A DNA stretch of 64,000 nucleotides. Origin: Hyphomicrobiales bacterium (lineage in GTDB: Bacteria > Pseudomonadota > Alphaproteobacteria > Rhizobiales > Aestuariivirgaceae). Within the stretch, counting starts at the first letter, position 1. Each line of letters opens with the position of its first letter. This document shows, one piece after another, positions 10,355 to 20,843 of this stretch. Below the pieces are notes generated by a model, which made no database searches, was not told the origin of the DNA, and saw only the letters and a program-made list of their open reading frames with translations. Both the position numbers and the translations under genes were made by a program. Where the stretch lies: the NCBI GenBank assembly GCA_031393975.1, contig JANMWK010000098.1, positions 38,935-102,934 on the forward strand, read 5' to 3'.

Positions 10355-11658
10355 GTTGCGGCCTCGCCATAAGGCACATTTCGCCCGCCATAACGGCGCA
10401 GGCGCACATTGGCTTGCTCGGCATGACCCACAAACCCTTCAAGCATGCAAAGCCTCGAACAATGCTCGCCAATCAGGGTTGACGCTTCATCGGTAAGCAC
10501 GCGTTGATAGCTATGGGTTTTGATAAATTTACCCACCCACAGCCCGCCTGTATATCGCCCGGCGCGCTTGGTCGGCAATGTGTGATTGGTGCCAATCACC
10601 TTGTCGCCATAGGCAACATTGGTGCGTGCCCCCAAGAACAGCGCACCATAATTTGTCATATTCTGCAAAAACCACTCATCGCGATTGGTCATCACTTGCA
10701 CATGTTCATAGGCCATGGCGTTCGCCTGTTCTAACATTTCTTCATAGCTATCGCAGAGGATCACTTCCCCATAATCAGCCCAAGAGAGCCTGGCGATGCC
10801 CGCTGTCGGCAGAATGGTGAGAAGCCTCTCAATTTCAGCCATCGTCTCACGAGCAAGTTTTTCCGAAGTGGTGATCAGTGCTGCAGGCGATGTTGGCCCA
10901 TGTTCTGCTTGCCCTAATAGATCAGTGGCGCAAATTTCGCCGTCCACGGTATCGTCGGCAATCACCATTGTTTCGGTGGGACCCGCAAATAAATCAATGC
11001 CAACACGGCCATAAAGCTGCCGCTTGGCTTCAGCGACAAATGCATTACCGGGACCGACGAGCATATCAACGGCTGCAATCTGTTCTGTGCCAAGCGCCAT
11101 TGCACCCACCGCTTGAATACCGCCCAAGCAATAAATTTCATCCGCGCCAGCCATATGCATGGCAGCAACAATTGCCGGATGGGGCTTTCCATTCATAGGT
11201 GGAGCTGAAGCAATCACCCTTTTCACACCAGCAACTTTGGCCGTGACAACACTCATATGGGCAGACGCCACCATCGGGTATTTACCGCCCGGCACATAGC
11301 ATCCAACCGAGTTTACCGGAATATTACGGTGGCCGAGGATCACACCGGGGAGCGTTTCCACTTCGATATCGCGCAGCGCTGCTTTCTGGTGTTGGGCAAA
11401 ATTTCGCACTTGAGTTTGGGCAAAGCGAATATCTTCCAAATCACGTTTCGTAACATGGGAAAGGGCAGTCTCAATTTCAGAATCGCTCAGCCTAAAGGTT
11501 GAGGGCGCATAATTGTCAAATTGCAGCGAGAGTTCACGCACCGCCGTATCGCCCCGCTTGACGATATCCGCCAGAATTGATTCAACTTTGGCTTTGACGC
11601 TTGCATCATCTTCTTCACGCTGCACCCTCGATATTGCGGTTTTTAAATAGCGGATCAT
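10351..11658 (-). CDS. hisD: Histidinol dehydrogenase family protein (HpsN/sulfopropanediol dehydrogenase-like paralog 1)
   Basis: [29 protein letters not shown] and GTNHTLPT; has YGDK instead of HisD GDY; catabolic, not his-operon, context. Confidence 0.88.
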   Translation of the reverse strand: MIRYLKTAISRVQREEDDASVKAKVESILADIVKRGDTAVRELSLQFDNYAPSTFRLSDSEIETALSHVTKRDLEDIRFAQTQVRNFAQHQKAALRDIEVETLPGVILGHRNIPVNSVGCYVPGGKYPMVASAHMSVVTAKVAGVKRVIASAPPMNGKPHPAIVAAMHMAGADEIYCLGGIQAVGAMALGTEQIAAVDMLVGPGNAFVAEAKRQLYGRVGIDLFAGPTETMVIADDTVDGEICATDLLGQAEHGPTSPAALITTSEKLARETMAEIERLLTILPTAGIARLSWADYGEVILCDSYEEMLEQANAMAYEHVQVMTNRDEWFLQNMTNYGALFLGARTNVAYGDKVIGTNHTLPTKRAGRYTGGLWVGKFIKTHSYQRVLTDEASTLIGEHCSRLCMLEGFVGHAEQANVRLRRYGGRNVPYGEAAT

Positions 11659-12713
11659 GGGTCAACAATCCTTTGTCCCGATTGGCTATTGAACAAGTGG
11701 CAAATTTTGGATTTTATGCGGATCCCGATATTCTCGCCAATATTGGCCCTGAATTCTTTGGGCGCACGCACAGTTGCAAAACCGCCGCCTGCGCGAATTG
11801 TGACTGAGGTCACATCACCTAAAAGTTCGACACTGTAAGCTGGTCCTTTTATTTCGCCTGTCCCGTCTGAGGACAATTCAGCATCTTCTGCCCGATAACC
11901 CAATGTGACTGGGCCGGAAATTTTTGAAGAAAGACCTGAAATTGCAACTTGCTCGCAGCGAAATTTGTCGCCGGATATTTCACCAGACAATAAATTCATG
12001 GCCGGTGAACCGATAAAGCCTGCAACAAAAATATTCGCGGGGCGATCATAGATGTCAGACGGCGTACCCAATTGCTGAATCTCACCCTTGCTCATAACCA
12101 CAACACGATCTGCCAATGTCATCGCCTCCACTTGATCATGCGTGACGTAAATTGTCGTGGTCTTCAATTCATGATGTAGGTTTTTGAGTTGGGCTCGTGT
12201 GGAAATTCGCAATTTGGCATCAAGATTTGAAAGCGGCTCATCCATAAGAAACACCGACGGTTGCCGCACGATGGCACGGGCCAAAGCAACACGTTGACGC
12301 TGGCCACCCGAAAGTTCGCGCGGCCGCCGCTCGAGAAGATCACCCAGTTCAACCATGGCTGCTGCTTTCAGCACTTTGTTGCGTTGGTTTGGCGGATCAA
12401 TCTTACGCACGCGCAGTGGAAATCGGATGTTTTCATAAACCGAGAGGTTAGGATAAAGTCCATAATTCTGGAAAACCATGGCGATATCACGATCCTTGGG
12501 CTCCAGCCTATTTACTACCCGATCACCAATCCGAATCTCACCATCAGTCGGATCCTCAAGACCGGCGATCATGCGCATAGTGGTGGTTTTGCCGCAACCG
12601 GAGGGCCCCAGAAACACCATGAACTCATGATCGGCAATGCTCAGACTGATACTGTCGACGCCCGTGTGCTTTCCCCAGCGTTTTGAAATATTTTTAAGTT
12701 CAACTGTTGCCAT
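11655..12713 (-). CDS. Carbohydrate ABC transporter ATP-binding protein (MalK/UgpC-like)
   Basis: Walker [25 protein letters not shown] and a TOBE-like C-terminus. Confidence 0.95.
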   Translation of the reverse strand: MATVELKNISKRWGKHTGVDSISLSIADHEFMVFLGPSGCGKTTTMRMIAGLEDPTDGEIRIGDRVVNRLEPKDRDIAMVFQNYGLYPNLSVYENIRFPLRVRKIDPPNQRNKVLKAAAMVELGDLLERRPRELSGGQRQRVALARAIVRQPSVFLMDEPLSNLDAKLRISTRAQLKNLHHELKTTTIYVTHDQVEAMTLADRVVVMSKGEIQQLGTPSDIYDRPANIFVAGFIGSPAMNLLSGEISGDKFRCEQVAISGLSSKISGPVTLGYRAEDAELSSDGTGEIKGPAYSVELLGDVTSVTIRAGGGFATVRAPKEFRANIGENIGIRIKSKICHLFNSQSGQRIVDP

Positions 12714-12772
12714 GATTGCCACACCCTATTTCTGGCATCGATAAACCATTCATTATCAATTCTTGACACGTT

Positions 12773-12791
12773 TTGAATACGTATGCAAGAA
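12773..12791. promoter_or_regulatory. Putative LacI-family operator 1
   Basis: TTGAATACGTATGCAAGAA, identical to 14846-14864; CG-centred palindrome upstream of the ATPase-led operon. Confidence 0.7.
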
Positions 12792-12800
12792 AATGGTGAA

Positions 12801-13814
12801 TTAAGATTTTTCTTTTGGCAAGCGTGCTGATTGGCGAATGATAAGCTCAGCTGGCAATACGGCGGCACTCCTGATTACCGTTTCACGCTGAATTTGCTCC
12901 ATCAATATGCTGATCGTTGCATCAATCATTTGGCCAGAAGGTTGCCGAACCGTTGTTAGATTATACCCACCCCAACTCGCTTCTGGCACATCGTCGTAGC
13001 CAACGATCGAGATGTCATTCGGAATACGAAGCTTCAATTCATTGCGCAAAACATCCATCACTGAAAAGGCCATGTGATCATTCGCAACAAAAATAGCGTC
13101 GGGTCTTATTTTGGCTGCACAGAGTTGGCGCGTGGCTTCGGCAGCCCCTTCAAATGAATAATTGCCCACTGTGCGTGCCCAAACGGTGTGGCCACATTCT
13201 GCAAGGCCCCGGTAAAATCCGGCTTCGCGATCCCGATTGGTCGATGAATCTTCGCTGCCAGCAATAAATGCGATACGCTTATGCCCTCCTTCAACCAAAA
13301 AATGGGCAATCAACCGTCCACCCTCAATGTTGTCTGACGTCACACTGCTTGCTGGCGATGACGGCACATAGCGATTGAAGAGAACGACAGGAATTCCGGT
13401 TTGTGCACATTCCCGCGCCAAAGTGGATGACAATGCTGCTGAAGCCATGACAATGCCTTCAACTTGGTAGCCCATCATTTGTTGCACTACCAAGTCTTGG
13501 TTACCAGTATCAGTCATGAAAAGCAGAACATGAAAACCACGCTCTTGCAGGGCTCGTGACAACTGCTCAATCACAATGGGATAGAATTGATTATCAAGAT
13601 AGGCCACTAGAACGGCGATGAGCCGCGAGCGTCCACTAATCATGGCACGCGCAATAACGTTCGGACGATAACCCAGTTTACGCGCAGCTTTCAAAACCTT
13701 GGCGCGCGTATCGGCAGAGACACTGGCGTCTGCGCTGAAGGACCTGCTGACGGCCGATTGTGAAACTTGAGCCAATTTAGCAACGTCGCCTGATGTTACC
13801 TTAGCTCTTTTCAC
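12801..13814 (-). CDS. LacI family transcriptional regulator
   Basis: VTSGDVAKLAQVSQSAVSR HTH, LGYRPN hinge and VGYDD. Confidence 0.95.
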   Translation of the reverse strand: MKRAKVTSGDVAKLAQVSQSAVSRSFSADASVSADTRAKVLKAARKLGYRPNVIARAMISGRSRLIAVLVAYLDNQFYPIVIEQLSRALQERGFHVLLFMTDTGNQDLVVQQMMGYQVEGIVMASAALSSTLARECAQTGIPVVLFNRYVPSSPASSVTSDNIEGGRLIAHFLVEGGHKRIAFIAGSEDSSTNRDREAGFYRGLAECGHTVWARTVGNYSFEGAAEATRQLCAAKIRPDAIFVANDHMAFSVMDVLRNELKLRIPNDISIVGYDDVPEASWGGYNLTTVRQPSGQMIDATISILMEQIQRETVIRSAAVLPAELIIRQSARLPKEKS

Positions 13815-13835
13815 TTATTCTACCTCTTATGAATA

Positions 13836-14804
13836 TTAACCTGTATGTAAAGTGATCTGTTTCCAAATTGCAATCTCGTCATAGAGCACATATTCGCGGC
13901 GTAAACCCCAAGGGCCGAATTCCGCGTGGCTGATACCCATGATATGGACTTTTGCGCCGGTCGGTGCACCAAAGCTTCCCCACCCGTCATGTGTGCCCGT
14001 CAACGACCAGCGCAGGGCCGCGCGCGGTGAAAAGCCCGGGTCTTCGCGACCGATCTGGTGGTGAACTTCGAATTTTGCCGATGGGAAAGCAGCCCTGAGG
14101 CCTAGCCAGAACTGATCTGCATGAGGTCTGCCATGCGCATTAACGCCGCCCGGCAATCGCAAGTGACAGGCGCGGTCATATTCCGTCTCAACGGCCGCAA
14201 TATCGGCTGCCATAATCCTTGTCATCAGATCAACATAACGCTGCCCAATAGGGTTATCGTTACCCCGGCTTAAATATTCGCCTTTCACGTCTTGATCTGG
14301 GGTAAACGGCTTCCGACACTTTTCAGGCCCACCCTCAGCCATGATAACATCACGGGCATATTGCTTTGGATCACGACCAAGTTGGCGCACGTAGGCCGCA
14401 TTATCATGCACAACCCATTCGTCGTAAATTATATTTTCACGGCAAGCGCAATCGGCGATGCAATGCTGCCATAAGGTTTTGCCTGTTGGTTCACCAAGTG
14501 GACCTGCCTGCGAGTGCGGGAAAAAGGTGAACGACCGATGCGAAGATAAAAAGCCATCGTCCTCATTGCCCGACCAAATTACGTCTTCACCGAGGATTTG
14601 GATGCCTGGGGCTGCTGCCAATGCACCAAGAGTTTCGGCAATTACATTGCTAGCGCCCACCACGATGCCGTCGCCAGAGCGCTTAGGCATATTTTTTCCA
14701 TAATAGCCGTGGAGTGTATGAACATTGCGATCTTCCCAAATTTCTTTAGTAATACCTAGAATGTAATCTGGAAGATCCTTCCAACGTTTATCAAAACCTT
14801 TCAT
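13836..14804 (-). CDS. Double SnoaL/ester cyclase (NTF2-like) protein A
   Basis: RWSLTGTHDG..FGAPTG..VHIMGISH SnoaL-like motif; two-domain length; paralog of 18241..19398. Confidence 0.8.
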   Translation of the reverse strand: MKGFDKRWKDLPDYILGITKEIWEDRNVHTLHGYYGKNMPKRSGDGIVVGASNVIAETLGALAAAPGIQILGEDVIWSGNEDDGFLSSHRSFTFFPHSQAGPLGEPTGKTLWQHCIADCACRENIIYDEWVVHDNAAYVRQLGRDPKQYARDVIMAEGGPEKCRKPFTPDQDVKGEYLSRGNDNPIGQRYVDLMTRIMAADIAAVETEYDRACHLRLPGGVNAHGRPHADQFWLGLRAAFPSAKFEVHHQIGREDPGFSPRAALRWSLTGTHDGWGSFGAPTGAKVHIMGISHAEFGPWGLRREYVLYDEIAIWKQITLHTG

Positions 14805-14845
14805 ACCAAACCTCGTTTGTCAATTTCGCCCATTGTTGCCATGAC

Positions 14846-14864
14846 TTGAATACGTATGCAAGAA
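14846..14864. promoter_or_regulatory. Putative LacI-family operator 2
   Basis: TTGAATACGTATGCAAGAA in the divergent promoter region. Confidence 0.7.
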
Positions 14865-14908
14865 CCAACATAATAGAGGCTTGCCAACCAACTTAAATTA
14901 TGTTTAGT

Positions 14909-14930
14909 TTGTTGCATACGAATGCAACAA
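14909..14930. promoter_or_regulatory. Putative LacI-family operator 3
   Basis: TTGTTGCATACGAATGCAACAA, a near-perfect palindrome upstream of the solute-binding protein gene. Confidence 0.7.
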
Positions 14931-15013
14931 TCGCATCTAGCATTCTGGAAATTTAGACAAAAACATTCCTTAAGCATCGCTGGCGTCACAGTTATTGAAA
15001 CGGAGAAATAAAC

Positions 15014-16252
15014 ATGAAATTCACACTAAAAGCTTTACTTTTATTGGGCGCCGTGAGCCTGGCATCCACCGCAGCGCTAGCTGATTGTGGAATAGCATCT
15101 GGATCAGTGCGCATATTATCGAACGATTTTGAGGCGCTCAAAATTGTGGCAGCGGCAGCCGAAGAATGCGCCAGTGCCACAGTTAAGATCACCAAGAACC
15201 AAACGGCAGAGCATAAAAACCTTCAAGTCCCGGCGCTCACCTCTAATCCTGCAGAATACACCGTGGCAATGGTTGCCAACAATTCGGTTGTCCCCCTCCT
15301 GAGCGGCGGTCTCATTCGCCCGTTGGATGATTTGGTTGCAAAATACGGTAAAGACTTAGAGCCCAACCAGCTGATCAAGATTGATGGCAAGACTATGGCC
15401 ATTGCCTTCATGGCAAACTCACAACATCTATTCTATCGGAAAGATCTACTCGACAAGGCAGGCATTGCACCTCCGAAAAGCTATGAAGACGTGTTAGCTG
15501 CAGCCAAAACTCTCCAAGAAAAAGGAGTGATTAAATACCCTCTCGGTGCAGCCGACAAAGCAGGCTGGGACCTAGCCGCAGAATTTGTGAATATGTATCT
15601 CGGCTATGGCGGCGAATTCTTTGAACCAAGCTCAGCAAAGCTGGCCATCAACAATGAAAAGGGCAAAGCCACCCTCGCCACAATGTTAGCACTCACTAAA
15701 TTCATGAGCCCAGACTATTTGACCTATGGCGCCGATGAATTGAACAAGGACTACCAAGGCGGAAAAATAGCAATTTCCAACAATTGGGGTTCATTAGCAG
15801 GTGCAGCAGTTGATGCAAAAGTTGCAACTGCTGATGTTGTAGCCAACACCGTATTTGCAGGTGCGCCCACAGTTGGCGGCGGAACCACGCCGGCAGCGGC
15901 TCTGTGGTGGGATGGATTTAGCATCGCTAAAAATATTTCGGATGAAGATGCTGCAGCATCGTTCCAAGCCATGATGCATGGCATTGCGCCCGACATTGCA
16001 ACAAAGAACCCAAAGGCAGCAACTTGGTTGATCAAAGGCTATACGCCTGGGCCGACCGCAGTGGGCGTGATCCAGACTGCAGCCGCTGGCGCCAAGCCTT
16101 ATCCGATGGTGCCCTATATGGGACTGTTGCATACCGCGTTGAGCACTGGCCTTGCTGACTATATCAAAGGCTCACAGGATGCGGATAAGGCCATGGCAGG
16201 CGTCGAGGCCGCATATAATGCTGCTGCCAAAGAAGGTGGATTTCTGAAATAA
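15014..16252 (+). CDS. ABC transporter extracellular solute-binding protein (family 1)
   Basis: Signal peptide, LFYRKDLL motif, GGAG RBS; followed by two permeases. Confidence 0.92.
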   Translation: MKFTLKALLLLGAVSLASTAALADCGIASGSVRILSNDFEALKIVAAAAEECASATVKITKNQTAEHKNLQVPALTSNPAEYTVAMVANNSVVPLLSGGLIRPLDDLVAKYGKDLEPNQLIKIDGKTMAIAFMANSQHLFYRKDLLDKAGIAPPKSYEDVLAAAKTLQEKGVIKYPLGAADKAGWDLAAEFVNMYLGYGGEFFEPSSAKLAINNEKGKATLATMLALTKFMSPDYLTYGADELNKDYQGGKIAISNNWGSLAGAAVDAKVATADVVANTVFAGAPTVGGGTTPAAALWWDGFSIAKNISDEDAAASFQAMMHGIAPDIATKNPKAATWLIKGYTPGPTAVGVIQTAAAGAKPYPMVPYMGLLHTALSTGLADYIKGSQDADKAMAGVEAAYNAAAKEGGFLK

Positions 16253-16327
16253 GCCAGAAAGGGTCGGCGGCATTGATACGATAGCCGTCGACCGACTTTC
16301 AGGGTGCCGCAATTGGGGAAACCGCGC

Positions 16328-17359
16328 GTGCCACATCGCACTTTTTTAGCTTTTATTCTCCCATCGATCTTGGCGATGCTGCTTTTTATCGCCACACCAA
16401 TTGTGTCCTTCGCGGTGCAATCACTTTACATTGAACATGACAAGATTTTGGTGGTCAGTGAAACGTGTCAGCCCCTTGGTGGCTGCGTTAAGGAAACGCG
16501 TGTTGATTCTGAGGCCACGGCAAAACTGCGTCATGATCATCCGCTCGGCAAATTCAATGGTTTTGGCATCTATCAAGATCACAACCATTTAGCTTTCGCG
16601 GATATTGGCAATATCTTCGCAGGCAACTTCGGTTTTTATGAAACGGTGGCGCGCATTTATGATCTGCCGTTTTACCGCGCGCTTGTCTTCACGCTCACCT
16701 ATGCCCTCACTGTCACACCTCTGGCGATGTGTTTGGGGTTTGTGATAGCACTTGCGGTGAACGCAGTGCCGAAGCTGCTGAAAGGACCCGTAATTTTCTT
16801 TTCGCTGCTGCCCATGGTGGTCACCCCTTTGATCGGCTCGCTCGTTGTCTATTGGATGATCAACGCTGATGGAATTTTAGGTGCTGCCCTCCAGCACATT
16901 ACTCATAATCCAAATCTTTCTCTAAAGGCCTCGCCGACCATGACGTGGATCACGTTGATTTGTTATGGCGTTTGGATCAATGCGCCCTTTTCCTTCATCG
17001 TATTCTACTCTGGCCTGCAAACTGTGCCTTCTGATACAATGGAATCTGCAATGATTGACGGTGCCAGTCGTTTGCAACGTGTGCGCTTTGTTGTGCTGCC
17101 AACTTTAATGCCCTTGGCCGTATTTGTGACGCTGGTTCAACTGATGGATAATTTTCGAGTGCTTGAGCCAATCATCGGATTCAATGCCGCAGCCAACGCA
17201 ACATCATTGAGTTATAGTATCTATACAGCCCTTAACAACCAAAGTGCGCAGATGTTCAGTTCAGCGGCAGCCACATCTGTGCTCACCATCACCGGTGTGA
17301 TCATTTTGTTAACGCCAGTATTGATAAAAACCGCCCGCGAATTTGGATTTCGAACATGA
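16328..17359 (+). CDS. Carbohydrate ABC transporter permease
   Basis: Multiple TM segments and EAA loop ESAMIDGAS; GTG start at 16328 preferred (ORF extends to 16304). Confidence 0.92.
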   Translation: MPHRTFLAFILPSILAMLLFIATPIVSFAVQSLYIEHDKILVVSETCQPLGGCVKETRVDSEATAKLRHDHPLGKFNGFGIYQDHNHLAFADIGNIFAGNFGFYETVARIYDLPFYRALVFTLTYALTVTPLAMCLGFVIALAVNAVPKLLKGPVIFFSLLPMVVTPLIGSLVVYWMINADGILGAALQHITHNPNLSLKASPTMTWITLICYGVWINAPFSFIVFYSGLQTVPSDTMESAMIDGASRLQRVRFVVLPTLMPLAVFVTLVQLMDNFRVLEPIIGFNAAANATSLSYSIYTALNNQSAQMFSSAAATSVLTITGVIILLTPVLIKTAREFGFRT

Positions 17360-18237
17360 GCTCCGTTGCCCATCGCCGTCCCTTGTCGCTGGCCATCATG
17401 TCGACCGCTTTCGTATTGTTGTGGTTGGTGCTGGCTGCCTTCCCTTATATTTGGACGGTATGGGGTTCGTTCAAAGTTGAAGCCGATTTTTTCTCCCGCG
17501 AAACTTGGCAGAATGCGCTTTTCGGTGTCAAAACCGTGCAACAAACTGGTGTGCCATTCACGGGGGGAGGCTATTACGGGGCCTGGGTGGAAAGCCAATT
17601 CTGGCGCTCTGTAATCAACACCGCGATTGTCGCACTTTGTGTCACTACAATATCACTGACGCTTGGAACCTTGGGCGGCTATGCCCTTTCGCGCACTGTT
17701 CACCGCTATAAATTTTGGATTTTGATTGTGGCACTGGTATTTCGCGCAATGCCGGATATCACGTTGGTTTCAGGCTATTTGCTGCCGTTTTTCCAACTCA
17801 ACATCTGGGGCTATTTGCCCACCACCATCATCGTTCTGGTGGCCTTAAACCAGCCTTTCACTTTGTGGATGCTCTATTCGTTCTTTGTGAACATACCTAA
17901 AGAGCTTGATGAAAGTGCATTAGTGGATGGGTGTTCGCGCTTTCAAGCTTTTCGCCTAGCCGTCATGCCAGTGATGTGGCCAGGTGTGATTACCACAGGT
18001 CTTTTTAGTTTCCTTTTGGGTTACAATGATTTTGCGGTCACTTCCATGTTGCTCACGCAAGAAAATCAGACCATGATTCCTAAAATCTCAAGCTTCCTCT
18101 TCAAAATACAATCGGAAGGTCATGTGATGTACGCTGTTGCTGCGGTCGTGTCGGCGACGGCGCCTTTGTTTATCTTGATCATGTTCTTCCAGCGCCAATT
18201 GGTGGCAGGGCTCACGGCAGGTGCGGTGAAAGGGTGA
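17356..18237 (+). CDS. Carbohydrate ABC transporter permease
   Basis: ELDESALVDG and C-terminal GLTAGAVKG. Confidence 0.95.
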   Translation: MSSVAHRRPLSLAIMSTAFVLLWLVLAAFPYIWTVWGSFKVEADFFSRETWQNALFGVKTVQQTGVPFTGGGYYGAWVESQFWRSVINTAIVALCVTTISLTLGTLGGYALSRTVHRYKFWILIVALVFRAMPDITLVSGYLLPFFQLNIWGYLPTTIIVLVALNQPFTLWMLYSFFVNIPKELDESALVDGCSRFQAFRLAVMPVMWPGVITTGLFSFLLGYNDFAVTSMLLTQENQTMIPKISSFLFKIQSEGHVMYAVAAVVSATAPLFILIMFFQRQLVAGLTAGAVKG

Positions 18238-18240
18238 TCA

Positions 18241-19398
18241 ATGAAAGATGCTGATAACAAATCACAGGGCAATGTTTCGCGCATCGCTAGCAACAATGAA
18301 TCGGTGCTGCAGGTTGAGCGCCGCGACTATGTTAATTTGGCTCCGCAAGGTAGAGCCCGCGTTCAATCGATGGAAGGGTTTGATGATATTTACACCGATA
18401 TCGTCGACTATATCGTTCGTTGCACACACCGAATTTGGGACGAACGCAATATCGGGCTTATCTATTCGCATTATACGCACAACTGTGTTGTCTATGGCAC
18501 CATGGGCACTGTTTATAACCGCGAAGATATTGTCCATGACACGATCCAACGCATCGTCACCATGCCGGAGCGACGGGGCATGGCCACACATGTGATATGG
18601 AACGGCAATGATGTAGACGGGTTCTATACCTCACATCTGGTCACAGGCTCTGGTAGGCACAGCCAATCTGGCCAATATGGTGAAGCCACGGGGCGCAGCT
18701 TCACCACCCGAACAATTGCAGACTGCATGATTTTGAAAAACCGGATTTACCGCGAGTGGATTGTGGGTGATACGATGATCCTGTTCCAGCAACTTGGTCT
18801 TGATCCCCAAACCTATGCAGAAACAATGGCCAAGGTGCGCATCGAAAAGGGCCTCTCCACGTTCGACATCGGCGAGAACCGCAGGCTGCTCGGACAATAC
18901 CCGCCAGAGTCAGAGGCCGATGTTTCGATTGCCAACACTGAACTAGAAGCCACAACATTGCGCTGGTTACATGAAGCCTTCAACAAGCGGATGTTTGGCG
19001 TGATGAAAGATGTCTATGCACCTACCGTTCAATATCACGGAACCCTTTTACGTGAGATAACCGGGGCAGCCGGTGTGCTGCACCAATATCTGGGATTGAT
19101 CGGTTCAATTCCAGATGCTGCGTTCATGCCCCAGCATATCTGCTCGGCTGATTGCGAAGAAGGCGGCACCAAGGTTGCCGTGCGTTGGCTGATGGAGGGC
19201 CATCATCTGGGCTTCGGTATTCTAAAAAGTCTAGGCACCCCATCTGGCAAGCGCCTCCAGGTGATGGGCATTTCCCATTTCCATTACAAGAACGGCAAAA
19301 TCGCGGAAGAATGGACGCTTTATGATGAGATGTCGTTGCTCATGCAGGTGAAGCAGGCGCAGATGGAGAGTTCGAAGGCTTCAGCCAGATTGATTTAG
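18241..19398 (+). CDS. Double SnoaL/ester cyclase (NTF2-like) protein B
   Basis: VRWLMEGHHLG..PSGKRLQVMGISH..GKIAEEW; shares GFD..DYI..IW, VIW.GN..DGF..SH and IADC with protein A. Confidence 0.8.
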   Translation: MKDADNKSQGNVSRIASNNESVLQVERRDYVNLAPQGRARVQSMEGFDDIYTDIVDYIVRCTHRIWDERNIGLIYSHYTHNCVVYGTMGTVYNREDIVHDTIQRIVTMPERRGMATHVIWNGNDVDGFYTSHLVTGSGRHSQSGQYGEATGRSFTTRTIADCMILKNRIYREWIVGDTMILFQQLGLDPQTYAETMAKVRIEKGLSTFDIGENRRLLGQYPPESEADVSIANTELEATTLRWLHEAFNKRMFGVMKDVYAPTVQYHGTLLREITGAAGVLHQYLGLIGSIPDAAFMPQHICSADCEEGGTKVAVRWLMEGHHLGFGILKSLGTPSGKRLQVMGISHFHYKNGKIAEEWTLYDEMSLLMQVKQAQMESSKASARLI

Positions 19399-20687
19399 AC
19401 CGCCTGCATTCTGTCAAGCCGCAATTGTGCGGCGCGACGATGGCCTTCCAAACCTTCGCTGGCACTTTGCCGTGTGGCTGGCGGCGCCAAGGCTCTCACA
19501 CCACGTTCATCTATCCATTGATGCGTTGCGATTTTAACATAGGCCCCCACCCACAGACCGCCTGTGTATTTACCTGCCCCCATGGTGGGCAAAGTGTGGT
19601 TGGTGCCGCAGCATTTATCGGAATAAACAACGCTTGCTAGTTCGCCAATAAACAACGACCCATAATTGCGAACTTTAGCAGCCGTCGCATGGGAGTCTGC
19701 AGTGTGAATTTGCAGATGCTCTGCGGCAATGAAATCAGAATATTTGATCATTGTTGCTTCATCGGCACAAACGGTAATTTCACCATAATCTTTCCAAGCC
19801 TGAGCAGCCACATTGGCAGTGGAGAGGCTAATGAGCTGGCGGTTGATTTCAACCAAGGTCGCCTCAGCAAGTTTGGCATCTGTGGTGATTAGTCCCACGC
19901 GCGTGCGCACATCGTGTTCAGCCTGCGCCAGCAAATCCGTTGCAATCATTTCAGCATCGCCTGTGGCATCGGCCAACACGAAAATTTCTGAAGGCCCCGC
20001 CAGTTGGTCGATACCAACGGGCCCAAAGACTTGTCGCTTGGCCTCGTTGACAAAGGCATTGCCCGGGCCAACAATTTTGGTGACAGCAGGAACTGTTTCA
20101 GTTCCAAAAGCCATGGCGGCAATGGCCTGGGCACCCCCGATGCGGAATATCCGATCAGCACCAGAAAGATGACACCCCGCTATCATTGCAGGGTGGGCAT
20201 TGGGTGGCAAACACGCCACAATTTCATCAACCCCCGCAACTTTAGCCGGAACAATTGTCATCACTGGAGCGGACAATAGCGGATAGCGTCCACCGGGAAC
20301 ATAGCAACCCACCCGCTCAATCGGGATCACGCGGTGGCCCAAGTGAACACCCGGAAGTATCTCCGCCTCCAGCGGCAAAATGGTGGCAAGCTGTGCCTTG
20401 GCAAAATTGCGCACATTATCGATTGCAAATTCAGTGTCTTTGCGGGTTTGCGGGTCCAGCATGTTCAGTGCCGCCTCACGGTCTTTGGTGCTAACTTCAA
20501 ACTCAGTCAGTTCGGATTTATCAAAGCGCAACGCGTACTTTCGAATTGCAGCATCGCCCCGTTTGCGCACGTTCGCTAGAACTTCAGCAACCAGTGTGGC
20601 AACAGAAGTGTTGTCATCACTTTGATTGAACGTAGGAGCTTTTACAAAACGGACATTCGGAAAAGATGCATTTACAGATGAAACCAC
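19395..20687 (-). CDS. hisD: Histidinol dehydrogenase family protein (HpsN-like paralog 2)
   Basis: GCYVPGG, GPGNAFVNEAK, AGPSE, QAEH, EHL and [14 protein letters not shown]. Confidence 0.88.
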   Translation of the reverse strand: MVSSVNASFPNVRFVKAPTFNQSDDNTSVATLVAEVLANVRKRGDAAIRKYALRFDKSELTEFEVSTKDREAALNMLDPQTRKDTEFAIDNVRNFAKAQLATILPLEAEILPGVHLGHRVIPIERVGCYVPGGRYPLLSAPVMTIVPAKVAGVDEIVACLPPNAHPAMIAGCHLSGADRIFRIGGAQAIAAMAFGTETVPAVTKIVGPGNAFVNEAKRQVFGPVGIDQLAGPSEIFVLADATGDAEMIATDLLAQAEHDVRTRVGLITTDAKLAEATLVEINRQLISLSTANVAAQAWKDYGEITVCADEATMIKYSDFIAAEHLQIHTADSHATAAKVRNYGSLFIGELASVVYSDKCCGTNHTLPTMGAGKYTGGLWVGAYVKIATHQWIDERGVRALAPPATRQSASEGLEGHRRAAQLRLDRMQAV

Positions 20688-20824
20688 GAAAATTTTTCCT
20701 CAAAAAATATTTACAGTTTGATCACTCGAACGCCATCACTTCACAATCAGAAAGTGATTATGGTAACCACAAAACAGTTTGCGTAAAATGGTCAAGCGCA
20801 AGAATTAAGAACTTATCCTACAAA

Positions 20825-20843
20825 TTCTTGCATACGCAGTCAA
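20825..20843. promoter_or_regulatory. Putative LacI-family operator 4
   Basis: Reverse complement TTGACTGCGTATGCAAGAA matches operators 1 and 2 at 17/19; upstream of hisD-like paralog 2. Confidence 0.6.

Noticed and set aside
10351-20687. Histidine biosynthesis role for the two hisD-like genes
   Set aside because: No other his genes nearby; DK-type motif and catabolic/transport context
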